Shown in pieces: positions 52,172 through 61,322 of a DNA stretch of 64,000 nucleotides. Both the position numbers and the translations under genes were made by a program. The DNA is from Bryobacterales bacterium (GTDB lineage: Bacteria > Acidobacteriota > Terriglobia > Bryobacterales > UBA6623): contig CBDBHI010000020.1 of the NCBI GenBank assembly GCA_965205595.1, forward strand, positions 82,056 to 146,055. The letters are read 5' to 3'. The notes beneath the pieces are model-generated. The model had not been told where the DNA came from and made no database searches. It saw only the letters and a list, made by a program, of their open reading frames with translations. The stretch's first letter is position 1, and each line of letters opens with the position of its first letter.

Positions 52172-53858
52172 GTGGGTGTTCGAGGACGAAGGCTACAGTG
52201 GAGCCAACTTGGCGCGACCCGGCTTGGAAGCCCTGCGCGATCTGGCGGCGGAAGGGCGGATTGAAGCGGCGCTGGCTTACTCGCCGGACCGGCTTAGTCG
52301 CAAATATGCGTATCAAGTCCTGTTAACCGAAGAACTCTCGCGCTGTGGGGTGGAGTTGATTTTCTTGAAGTCGGCGGCGGGGAGCACGCCTGAAGATCAG
52401 TTGCTGGTGCAGTTTCAAGGCATGATCGCCGAGTACGAGCGGGCGCGGATCGCTGAGCGCTCGCGGCGGGGCAAACGGCACAAGGCCCAGCAGGGAGTGG
52501 CGAACGGACTCTCGGGTGCGCCTTACGGGTATCGCTATGTGAAGAGGAGCGAGCGTTCAGAGGCTTACTATGAGGTGCTCGACGCGGAAGCGCGGGTGGT
52601 GCGAGAAGTGTTTGAGCTGTACAGCGAGCAACGCTTGAGCATCAACGCCATCGCTCGTCTACTGAACGAGCGGCAGATTCCCACGCGAACCGGGAAGACA
52701 CGCTGGGAGCGCTCGACGGTTTGGGGGATGCTGCGGAATCCGGCTTATCACGGCGTGGCTTGCTACGGCAAGACCCGGCTGCGGCCTCGTCAACGCATCA
52801 CTCGGCCGCTGCGTCTGCGCCAGGGAGCGCCGAGTCGAGACAGCGCCACTCAGCAGCGGCCGCGGCAAGAATGGATCGAGATTCGGGTACCGGCGCTGGT
52901 CGCCGAAGAGACCTTTGCGCTCGCTCAGGAGCAGTTAGAGAGCAACAAAAAGCACTCGCCACGGCGCACCGTCGAGCCGACGCTGCTGCAGGGGATGTTG
53001 GTGTGCCGGCAGTGTGGTTACGCTCTGTACCGAGTTTCGACACGGACATCGAAACGAAGGCTGTCCTATTACCGTTGCCTCGGCTCGGACGCCTATCGGC
53101 ACCTGCAGGGAGCGTTGTGCACCAACCGACCCATCCGGCAAGATTCGTTGGATGAGGTTGTCTGGAGGGCGATCATCGAGTTACTCGACGATCCGTCGCT
53201 GATCCGTTCGGAGATCGAGCGTCGCATGGAGGTCGCCCAGAACGCCGATCCACGGCGCAGACGAGAGGCCGACTTGCGACGGGAGCGGGTGCGCTTGGAG
53301 AACGGTGCCGAGCGGTTGGTGATCGCTTACCAAGAAGGACTGCTGACGCTGGCCGAGCTGCGCCAACGAATGCCTCCTCTGCGCAAGCAGCAGCAGGCGA
53401 TCGAATCTGAGTTACACTCCCTCGAGATGGCGGCTGAGGATCAGTCTAAATACCTAAGGCTGACGGAAACGCTGGGGGAGTTTCGCGCCAACTTGCAAGC
53501 GCGGGCTGACTCCCTCGATGTGAGAGAACGCCAGAAGATTCTCCGGTTACTCGTAAAGGAAGTCCTTGTCGACCGCGAGACGGTCACGATCCGGCATTCG
53601 ATTCCGATCCCTCCATCCGCTCCGCTTTCCGGCGGTTCGCCATCCCCAAACTCCGGCCCGGGGGACTCGATCGTCCCAAGTTACCTTTTTCGTTCGCGGA
53701 GTCTTCACTCCACCTTGCGGCGTTCCCTTCCTGCTGCGTTCTCCTCGGTCCTTCCCTTCTCCGCGCTCGCCCTCTTCCACCACCGGCGCTTCCAGCCACA
53801 GCCGTATCCGCTTCACGACGGATCGATCCGCGATCCGGTGCCGCACGCACGCCAGTAG
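52044..53858 (+). CDS. Large serine recombinase (resolvase + recombinase + Zn-ribbon + coiled coil)
   Basis: AAIYARVSS catalytic motif, [39 protein letters not shown]; SD caggag; the ORF reads through attR. Confidence 0.97.
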   Translation: MNKAAAIYARVSSNRQKDNHTIASQTAALRQYAQTNGYAVPAEWVFEDEGYSGANLARPGLEALRDLAAEGRIEAALAYSPDRLSRKYAYQVLLTEELSRCGVELIFLKSAAGSTPEDQLLVQFQGMIAEYERARIAERSRRGKRHKAQQGVANGLSGAPYGYRYVKRSERSEAYYEVLDAEARVVREVFELYSEQRLSINAIARLLNERQIPTRTGKTRWERSTVWGMLRNPAYHGVACYGKTRLRPRQRITRPLRLRQGAPSRDSATQQRPRQEWIEIRVPALVAEETFALAQEQLESNKKHSPRRTVEPTLLQGMLVCRQCGYALYRVSTRTSKRRLSYYRCLGSDAYRHLQGALCTNRPIRQDSLDEVVWRAIIELLDDPSLIRSEIERRMEVAQNADPRRRREADLRRERVRLENGAERLVIAYQEGLLTLAELRQRMPPLRKQQQAIESELHSLEMAAEDQSKYLRLTETLGEFRANLQARADSLDVRERQKILRLLVKEVLVDRETVTIRHSIPIPPSAPLSGGSPSPNSGPGDSIVPSYLFRSRSLHSTLRRSLPAAFSSVLPFSALALFHHRRFQPQPYPLHDGSIRDPVPHARQ

Positions 53859-54422
53859 TTTCTCGTGAGGTATCGAGTCGAAATAGCCTTCTAAATCCGC
53901 GTCATATACCGCTTGATATCCAGCTTGAATATGTCCACGAATCTCCTCCAGCGCTTGCTGCGCCGAGCGGCCCGGCCGAAATCCGTACGAACAATCTTCA
54001 AAGTCTGCTTCAAAGATCGGCTCCAGGATCAACAATGCGGCCATTTGCACCACCCGGTCCCGTACGGTCGGAATGCCCAGCGGGCGCTTCTTCCCGTTCG
54101 CTTGCGGTATCCAGACACGGCGTACCGCTTGCGGTCGGTAGCTCTTGGTACGCAGTTCGTATCTGCAGATGCGATACGTGGAGTTCATCCACCAAGCGCC
54201 GCGCGCCGCCCTCTTGCGCTTCGATCGCTGTGATCGTTACTTGTCGATCGTTACGGAGCCGAGCCCGGGACCGCCCGCTTTCGCGCGCACCCGTCGCCAT
54301 GCCGCTTCCAACACATCGCGCCGATAGATCCGGTCGTACAAAGCGTAGAACCGAAACTCCGGCTGCTGCTTGGCCTTTTGGCCCAGCTTCTGTCTCAAAC
54401 GAGAGAGTTTCTCCGGCATCGC

Positions 54423-54827
54423 CGGGCTAGCAAGTGGAATCTTTTGAACATAAACGGCTCTCCCTTCTGTCGCAATTAGCATGCTTGTCTGACTCCGTCA
54501 GCATGAAAGCGCCAGGGCCCCTTCGCTCCACTCGCATTACCGAGCTTCGTCGCTACTATGCGCCCCTCCGACTCCCGCACCAGCCCCTGCACTGGTTATG
54601 CTTTCCCTGCGCCGCGTGGCGAGAAATGCGGGCTAGCAAGTGGAATCTTTTGAACATAAACGGCTCTCCCTTCTGTCGCAATCAGCATGCTTGTCTGACT
54701 CCGTCAGCATGAAAGCGCCAGGGGCCCTTCGCTCCACTCGCATTACCGAGCTTCGTCGCGACTATGCGCCCCTCCGACTCCCGCACCGGCCCCAGCGCTG
54801 GTTATGCTTTCCCTGCGCCGCGTGGCG
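54423..54827. repeat. 199-bp tandem duplication inside the intron RNA with 7-nt spacer
   Basis: 54423-54621 and 54629-54827, about 6 substitutions, spacer agaaatg. Confidence 0.9.
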
Positions 54828-55194
54828 GACCGTTCGTTTCCGAACGGCTCACTTGCCCCTGCGGGCCTCCGTATCTCTCTCAGCACAAGGTTCCTCGATG
54901 GATCTTTCGACGCGCGCTGTCCGCATCTACCCCGGAGAGTCCAACGGCTGCAGATGTTCGCTGCTTCACCGCTGGTTGCAGGCTTCCCCCTAGTCGGCGG
55001 CTTGGCCACTCTCAACTTCCTTAACGAGGCCTATCTGCGATTCACTTTCGTTACGGCTCACGTCTTCGCCTTCCCCGGATTCGTCCGCGGCGGTTACCCC
55101 CCACGAACGCCGGGTCGGCTACACGGGTGAACGAACCATTCCCATGGTCAACTCCTTTCATTCAACTAGATCCACCAGGCTTGTCCTGGCGCAC

Positions 55195-55337
55195 CGACTG
55201 TGAAGGGAGTGCGGTGGCGAAGGGTGAACTGGGAAAGTTGAGTCGGGCCCTGTTGAGGAATGATCAGCAGGTCCCAACTCGGCGTATTCCAGAAAGCTGC
55301 TTCGCCACCGCACTCCCTTACAGTCGCGCCTCCGATT
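55195..55337. repeat. REP-like inverted repeat pair (intron target); left arm continues at 50566-50576
   Basis: aatcggaggca|cgactgtgaagggagtgcggtggcgaag vs rc of 55300-55337: 1 mismatch, 1 gap over 39 nt. Confidence 0.85.
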
Positions 55338-55393
55338 ATCACGGGCGTGGTGCTGGGGCAAGCAGTCTATGCCATTCCTGAAAATGCTGTTGA

Positions 55394-55556
55394 CCGCATT
55401 TCTCACCACGTGGCAAGCGGCAGTGCGTGAGAGGTGCGTCAATACGAGGCGCGCGGAGGCGTACTTGACAGTCCGCCGAGCACTCGCGATCGAGCGCAAT
55501 GAAGTAGTGGCGCACCTGTCGCCTGCTTTCGCCGTCAGGTGGTGAAAATTGCGGGC
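55394..55556. mobile_element. MITE-like repeat, about 165 bp
   Basis: ccgcatttctcaccacgtgg ... tttcgccgtcaggtggtgaaaattgcggg. Confidence 0.75.
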
Positions 55557-55583
55557 CTTCCCAATTTCGATAGAATCTGTGCG

Positions 55584-56177
55584 GTGCCGGCAATAACGAG
55601 CAGGCTTATCGAATTCGCGGCGAAATGGCTTCCCGGCCTATTGCTCTGCGCGGTCGTAACGAACCACGCTTACCGCGTTCAGGTGGACGGACTCAATCCC
55701 CGAACCGGGGGCGGATTTGGCATGTTCGCGGTTGTCGATCGCACCGGTTCTCGCGCATTCTACGCCGACGGTGTGGACGACGAGGGCAATCGTCGCCGCA
55801 TCTTTATTGATTTCGACGGTGCTGGCAGCCTCGACGAGCTGAGCGAACGAACTGACCGCCGGGTGCGCACAATGCCTGACGACGCTAGTGTCGAACGCCT
55901 TGCTGAGATGATTTTTCGGGCGCGCTATCAAGTCGAAGATCCACGTGTATTCGCCAACTTAAAGGGCGTTCGGGAAACCCTCGATCGCCTGCCGGCCGGC
56001 GTCCTCGACCAACCCTATTTTCGAAGCTTCACGCCCAGAGAGGAAGAATTGAGCGCGCGCGGCGGCATTCGTCTGAAAGGCATGCGCTTCCAATTGCGGA
56101 GCGTTGTTTTTGATTCCGACACCACCAGTTATTTCACTGAACCGTTGACGCCTTGGATCGTCAAGGGAGAGTGGTAA
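55584..56177 (+). CDS. Hypothetical membrane-anchored protein (GGGFGMF motif)
   Basis: N-terminal hydrophobic helix then LNPRTGGGFGMFAVVD; abuts the next gene. Confidence 0.7.
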   Translation: MPAITSRLIEFAAKWLPGLLLCAVVTNHAYRVQVDGLNPRTGGGFGMFAVVDRTGSRAFYADGVDDEGNRRRIFIDFDGAGSLDELSERTDRRVRTMPDDASVERLAEMIFRARYQVEDPRVFANLKGVRETLDRLPAGVLDQPYFRSFTPREEELSARGGIRLKGMRFQLRSVVFDSDTTSYFTEPLTPWIVKGEW

Positions 56178-57071
56178 GTGACGGCTGAGCACCCAAAAGT
56201 GCGCTTCAGCGACTTGTGGAACTCGCTACTCGAGTACCCCCGTCATGAGCTTGTCCTGAAGCTGACGATCCTGCTGTTGATGCTGCATGGTGCCGGGACC
56301 GGTCCGCTGGCGTTCCCGATGCGGATCGTGGCCGGCCTGATGTTGATCGGCCCGGGCTGGCACCGATTGCCACATTTTTGGCCGCTGCTTTTCGTGCTCA
56401 CGTTAGTCTCCAATCTCGGCGACTGGTTCACGATGGACAACCATCGGTTCCTGATTCTCTATTGGGCGCTGGCCTGCACCCTTGCGGTCGTATCGAAAGA
56501 CACCGACCGCGTTCTTGCTTGGAACGGCCGGGTCTTGCTCGCGCTTACGTTTCTCTTTGCAAGCGGCTGGAAGCTGTTTGGCGGCGATTACATTGACGGC
56601 GATTTTTTCTATTTCGCATTTCTGACCGACTCGAGACTAGTTACGATCGCCGGTGCTGCCACCGGCCTCAGCGACTTGCAGCTCGCGCAGAATGTAGAGC
56701 TGTTTTCGCTCGCACGCTTTTTTCCTCTCGAAGACCTCAACATTTCGTTGAACACATCTGAGTTGGCGCGGCAGTCTGGATTCGCGATGAGCTGGATGAC
56801 CCTGCTCTTCGAAGCCTCGGTTGCCTTTGCCTTTTTGTACGCGCTGATTCGAAGGACGGGACCCTGGGTAGATTGGCTGTTGATTTTTTTCTGTTGGTCG
56901 ACCTATACCCTGGTGCCCATTCGGGGATTCGGCCTGATTCTAACCATCATGGGCCTGGCGCAGGCGCCGAAGGAGCACAGCGACGCGCGCTGGGGCTATT
57001 TGCTCACGTTTATCCTGGTACAACTTTCGCTGGCGTATGTAGTTGGCCAGGTTGTCCGCATGGCGGGCTGA
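56178..57071 (+). CDS. Polytopic membrane protein, HTTM/SdpB-like (tentative)
   Basis: About 8 TM segments, DNHRFLILYW, FASGWKLFGGDYIDG. Confidence 0.7.
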   Translation: MTAEHPKVRFSDLWNSLLEYPRHELVLKLTILLLMLHGAGTGPLAFPMRIVAGLMLIGPGWHRLPHFWPLLFVLTLVSNLGDWFTMDNHRFLILYWALACTLAVVSKDTDRVLAWNGRVLLALTFLFASGWKLFGGDYIDGDFFYFAFLTDSRLVTIAGAATGLSDLQLAQNVELFSLARFFPLEDLNISLNTSELARQSGFAMSWMTLLFEASVAFAFLYALIRRTGPWVDWLLIFFCWSTYTLVPIRGFGLILTIMGLAQAPKEHSDARWGYLLTFILVQLSLAYVVGQVVRMAG

Positions 57072-57072
57072 G

Positions 57073-58657
57073 CTACTCCTCAGGTTTGGCGTGGCCGACG
57101 GCATGCTTGCCTCGCTCGCGAGCAATAGCGCGCTCTTCGTCTGACAATGTGACGTTGTACGTGGCTCCGAAGCCATCGATTTGGCGATAGGGGTAGGCCT
57201 GCCAAGGGTCTTCGCCACGGAGACGTGGGTCGCCGGTTTCGGTGAGGTACGCCTCGAGGCGCGCCCACAGTTGAGCCTTTGTTTCGGCATGCTCGGGGCT
57301 GTCGGCTAGGTTGGTGATCTGGTGCGGGTCGGCTTGGCAGCCGTAGAGTTCTTCGAGCGGACGCTTGCCGAAGCCCATTTGGAACTCACGCGGAAAGTCG
57401 AGCCGCGTGCCCTCGCGCAGCATGAAGTCCTTGAACGGTCCGTCGTCGATGTCGCCGTGGGGAGCTTTGTTCGATGAAATAAACTCAGGGCCGCCGGTGG
57501 GCCAGCGGTCCGGCTCGAAGTTGCGAATGTACAAGAAGTCATGGGTGCGGATAGCGCGGATCGGGTAGGTTGCGCCATCCTCGCGGCAGTAGGTGTGACG
57601 CTCGAGGCCGGTGACGATGTGGTCTCGAGTCTCGATGACGCGGCCGGAATTGGTCGCTTCGAGTACTGGTAGCAGACTGCTGCCCGTATGGTTGGCGACT
57701 GGCTCGACGTCGGCGATATCAAGGAATGTCGGCGCGAAATCAATGTGGCCGATGAAGTCATTGACCACACGTCCGCCGGGGGCTTCGGTCGCCCCAGCGC
57801 ATCGCCGTCGGCATACGGACGCCGCTGTCGTACAGGGTCGTCTTGGTCCGCGAGAATGGCATGCCGTTATCAGACGTGACGACGATGAGAGTGTTGTCGA
57901 GCTCGCCGATTTCTTCGAGCTTTGCGACCATCCGGCCGAGGTGTTTGTCGAAGTGCTCGATCTCGTAGTAGTAGTCGAGGATTTCCGAGCGCACCTCAGG
58001 GGCGTCGGGTAGGTAGGGCGGGACTACGACGTCATCCATGCTCAGACCGCTGCGTTCACCGATGCCGACGTCGTAGTCGCGGTGGGGCTCTGTGCACCCG
58101 AACCAGAAGAAGAACGGCGCGTCGTCGGATTTTTCGGATAGGAAGTCATCGAAGTTCGCAGCGTAGTCACGGACATCGATGCCGTGCGGTGGGTCCGGCT
58201 CGGGTTGGGCGTCGTACTCTTTACCGATGGGGTGGCGGTCAAGTCCGCCGACTCGCCAATCGCCCGGCGCCCACGGTTTGCCGACGAAGCCGACATGGTA
58301 CCCGGAGTCCTCAAGGTGGTGAGTGAATAGCGGGTTTTCTGGGTGGAGGGTTCCGTAAAGAATCCCAGACTCGCCGATCTCCCAGATTTGGCGTCCGGTG
58401 AGTACGGCCGAGCGCGAGGGCGTGCACGAGGGGCAAGCCGAATATGACTGCGTGAACAGTATCCCCTCGCGGGCGATGCGCTCAAACGTAGGCGTTTTCA
58501 CAACCGGATCGCCGTAGATGCTGGTGTGCATATACGACTGGTCGTCGGAGATTGCGAAGAGGATGTTGGGGCGCTTAGGGCCGGCGGGTTGATCGTCAGA
58601 GCCGCAGCCTATCGCCGTGGCGGCCAAGCTGCTGAAAAGGAGTTCGCGTCTTGTCAT
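57073..58657 (-). pseudogene. Tat-exported sulfatase, +1 frameshift
   Basis: MTRRELL, RPNILFAISDD, CTPSRS (FGly motif), SDNGMPF; G5 run at 57778-57782 should be G4 to read SPGGRVVNDFI. Confidence 0.85.
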
Positions 58658-58872
58658 TTGAATTGTTTGGCGGTCGAATCGTAGGCGTTGCTGTTAGGGA
58701 GTTGGGCGCTACGCTCGCTCAAGCCAACGTGGGGATTGTTTTCGGCCGTTGGTGGCTTGCCCGTACGTTGCCGACCCTAACTGCGTGCCGAAGTATACCG
58801 TATCGCCGTCGGTTTCGATTCGTGGGCGTCGGCGGCTATTCCCGGGCTGAGTAGGCGGTAGAATTGGGTTCC

Positions 58873-59481
58873 ATGAGCAGTACTGGGAGCAACTGGCTCT
58901 ACCGCTGGACAAGAGAACTCCATCTCTACTTTGGCCTGTTCATTTGCCCGTTTGTGCTGCTGTTTGCAGTCACCACGATCTTGCTGAATCACGGCTGGAG
59001 ATCAGGTACCGACGTGGACGAGTCGAGTGTTTCCGTCAGGGTCGAGGGTGGCGACGAGATGGCGCAGGCATCGAACATTCTTCGCCAGCTTGATCTCTCA
59101 GGTGAGGTTCACGCGCGCCGGTTGCCTGAGCGCAATCGCCTTCAAGTCAGGGTCGAGAAACCTAGCGAGAGGGTCGTCATCATGGTGGACCTCGCCAGCG
59201 GCGTCGCGAACGTCGCGCGCCATGGCCGCAGCTTCGTCGAGACGCTCAACTACTTGCACTTCAATCCCGGTCCTCACAAGGTTCGCGGGATCAATTGGTT
59301 CTTCAGCAAGCTTTGGGACTGGTCGGTCGATGCCGTGGTTTGCTTGCTGCTATTCATTTCGATCAGCGGCATCTACATGTGGTTCGTGATCAAGGCCGAG
59401 AGGAAGATGGGCCTGATCATGCTGGGTACGGGTAGCGTTTCGTTTGTCGTCATCGTGGCGGGCTTTTTCATCGGCGGATAG
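58873..59481 (+). CDS. PepSY-associated TM-helix protein
   Basis: RELHLYFGLFICPFVLLFAVTTILLNH, LNYLHF, SGIYMW. Confidence 0.85.
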   Translation: MSSTGSNWLYRWTRELHLYFGLFICPFVLLFAVTTILLNHGWRSGTDVDESSVSVRVEGGDEMAQASNILRQLDLSGEVHARRLPERNRLQVRVEKPSERVVIMVDLASGVANVARHGRSFVETLNYLHFNPGPHKVRGINWFFSKLWDWSVDAVVCLLLFISISGIYMWFVIKAERKMGLIMLGTGSVSFVVIVAGFFIGG

Positions 59482-59506
59482 GCGTCGTCATTCCAAGAGC
59501 AATTAC

Positions 59507-60130
59507 GTGGACTCACGAAACTTAGCGCGCTTCGTCAATCGCTGGAATACCAAACTGCACATTTACGTGGGGCTTTTCTCGCTGTTGTTCTTGTGGCTGT
59601 TTGCGATTTCAGGTTTCGTGATGAACCACCCGCTGTGGTTCAGCGGTCAGCCGGTGCGATCGAATGTCGAGCAGGCAGTCGAGGTGCCGGCGGGCGTTGA
59701 CGATCAGACTGCCGCCGAGGCGCTCGTCGCTCAGCTGGGGCTATCCGGGGAGGTGATGTTGATGGTCCCCAAGAAGGACCATCTCACCTTCCGGGTGCTG
59801 CGGCCGACTCGAAGGATCGTCGTGGACGTCGATCTGACGAGCAGCACAGCCGCTGTGCGGACAGCGATTCCGCCGACCGCGGGTGTGTTGACGTCGCTGC
59901 ACACGTCAACCGGCATCCGCGAGATATGGAGGGAGCCCAACCCGAAACGAGATTGGCTTATGACAACGATTTGGAGCTTTTGCCTGGACGCTGTTTGCGT
60001 GAGTCTGATCTTCATGGTGTGTAGTTCGCTGTGGATGTGGGTTCAGATCAAAGGTAAGCGCGTATGGGGTGGACTGGCGCTCGGACTGGGAACGGTGACG
60101 TGCGCGTTCTTTATTTGGGGGCTTTCGTAG
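59507..60130 (+). CDS. PepSY-associated TM-helix protein (paralog of preceding gene)
   Basis: KLHIYVGLFSLLFLWLFAISGFVMNH, LTSLH, SSLWMW. Confidence 0.85.
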   Translation: MDSRNLARFVNRWNTKLHIYVGLFSLLFLWLFAISGFVMNHPLWFSGQPVRSNVEQAVEVPAGVDDQTAAEALVAQLGLSGEVMLMVPKKDHLTFRVLRPTRRIVVDVDLTSSTAAVRTAIPPTAGVLTSLHTSTGIREIWREPNPKRDWLMTTIWSFCLDAVCVSLIFMVCSSLWMWVQIKGKRVWGGLALGLGTVTCAFFIWGLS

Positions 60131-60194
60131 GTTCGCCGCGCGGGACCACGACTAGCTTCGCTCACGGCATGTATCAATATTGGTACATTCAAAT

Positions 60195-60544
60195 TTGGGC
60201 GCTCCACTGAAACGGCTTCCTACGTACTTCTATCGAAGTGACAGCGGACGCGAGCCTGTTCGTGAGTGGCTAAGGCGTCTCGGTGCTACAGACCGTAAGA
60301 TCATCGACGAGGACATCAAGGATGTCGAGTTTTCTTGGCCGATTGGAATGCCGTTGGTTCGCTCGATGGGTCGGGATCTGTGGGAGATTCGCAGTAACCT
60401 ACCCGGCAGCAGGGTCGCGAGAGTATTTTCTGCGTCGCCGAGAGTCGGATGGTTCTGCTCCACGGGTTCATCAAGAAAACTCGGAAGACACCGCATAGCG
60501 ATCTCGAATTGGCGCTAAGACGAATGAAGGGAAATACTCAATGA
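60195..60544 (+). pseudogene. RelE/ParE-superfamily (Gp49/HigB-like) toxin, -1 frameshift
   Basis: FYRSDSGREPVREWL..WPIGMPLVRSM..LWEIRSNL; T4 at 60426-60429 needs T5 to give VLLHGFIKKTRKTP with a TGA overlapping the antitoxin ATG. Confidence 0.85.
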
Positions 60545-60822
60545 ACCAAAAGAACATCGGCAGCTCATTCGATGACTGGCTGCGCGAGGAAGGCATTCAG
60601 GACGAAGTCACCTCAGGCGCAATCAAACGCGTACTGGCGCGCCAAGTGCAAGCCGCAATGTCTCAAGACGGTCTTTCGAAATCTGAAATGGCCCGCCGGA
60701 TGCAGACCAGCCGTAGCGCCTTGGATCGCTTGCTCGACCCTGAGAACGAGTCGGTCACCTTGGCGACGCTACAAAAGGCCGCAGCGGCAATCGGCCGCGA
60801 AGTGCGCCTTGAGTTGGTGTAG
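60541..60822 (+). CDS. XRE/HTH antitoxin
   Basis: IGSSFDDWL..AIKRVLARQ..LSKSEMARRMQTSRSALDRLLDP..VTLATL. Confidence 0.9.
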   Translation: MNQKNIGSSFDDWLREEGIQDEVTSGAIKRVLARQVQAAMSQDGLSKSEMARRMQTSRSALDRLLDPENESVTLATLQKAAAAIGREVRLELV

Positions 60823-60935
60823 AAGATGCGTTTGGCTGTTGCTTCTTTAACCCCAGCGAGAGGACACTATTTCTCAATTTGGCTATGCCCGTTGAACTGT
60901 GACTTCGCGGTTGTCGCTCTTAGAAAGAGACGGTC

Positions 60936-61322
60936 TCACCATATCGTCGCCAGCGAGGCCGATTTCCTCAAGCGCATGTCCTTGGTAACCAACGCCGCTC
61001 GGTGAATCGACGCGGTAGCCGCGATGATTCGATCGGCCGGATCTCCCGGGAGTTCGGTTGCCAGTTCCGAGCTGGTGACCGCGATTTCGGGCGTTAGGTT
61101 CAGCAATCGAACCTTCGGTTGTGCGAGCGCCTGCTTGATCCAAGTGAGGGGATCGCGGTCCAGTTCGATTCTCCCTTTCTGCACCAGCGTCGCGATCTCC
61201 CAACAACTGATCGAAGCCACGCCAATCTCTGGACTCGCCCCAAAAGCTTCGGTGGCTTTCTTGCTCAGAAGGCGAGGCACGGAAGTCCACCACACCCACG
61301 CATGGGTGTCGGCAATAATCAC
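60936..61322 (-). CDS. PIN-domain (VapC) toxin
   Basis: IADTHAWVWW, SISCWEIA, PGDPADRIIAATA, LVTKD; GTG overlaps the antitoxin stop. Confidence 0.92.
   Translation of the reverse strand: MIIADTHAWVWWTSVPRLLSKKATEAFGASPEIGVASISCWEIATLVQKGRIELDRDPLTWIKQALAQPKVRLLNLTPEIAVTSSELATELPGDPADRIIAATASIHRAALVTKDMRLRKSASLATIW

Larger units (their letters stand above)
51470..53705 (+). mobile_element. Large-serine-recombinase integrative element inserted in the intron RT gene
   Basis: 26-bp inverted arms 51472-51497 and 53678-53703 (2 mismatches); cores AT (51470-71) and TT (53704-05); the rejoined target is the palindrome GGAGTG-AT-CACTCC. Confidence 0.92.
50696..54419 (-). pseudogene. ltrA: Group II intron reverse transcriptase/maturase, broken into at least 5 pieces
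   Basis: [65 protein letters not shown]|ITPLLAN, RYAAD (YADD mutated), RGWANYF. Confidence 0.95.
50577..55194 (-). mobile_element. Group II intron (degenerate, with nested insertions)
   Basis: 5' end GTGCGCCAGG at 55194; domain V GAGAGCCGGATGCGGGAAATCCGCAAGTCCGGTTCG at about 50623-50658; 3' end ...CCTACTCTAC at 50577; EBS1-like CGACU (54992-54996) pairs with the 5' exon end AGTCG. Confidence 0.92.
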
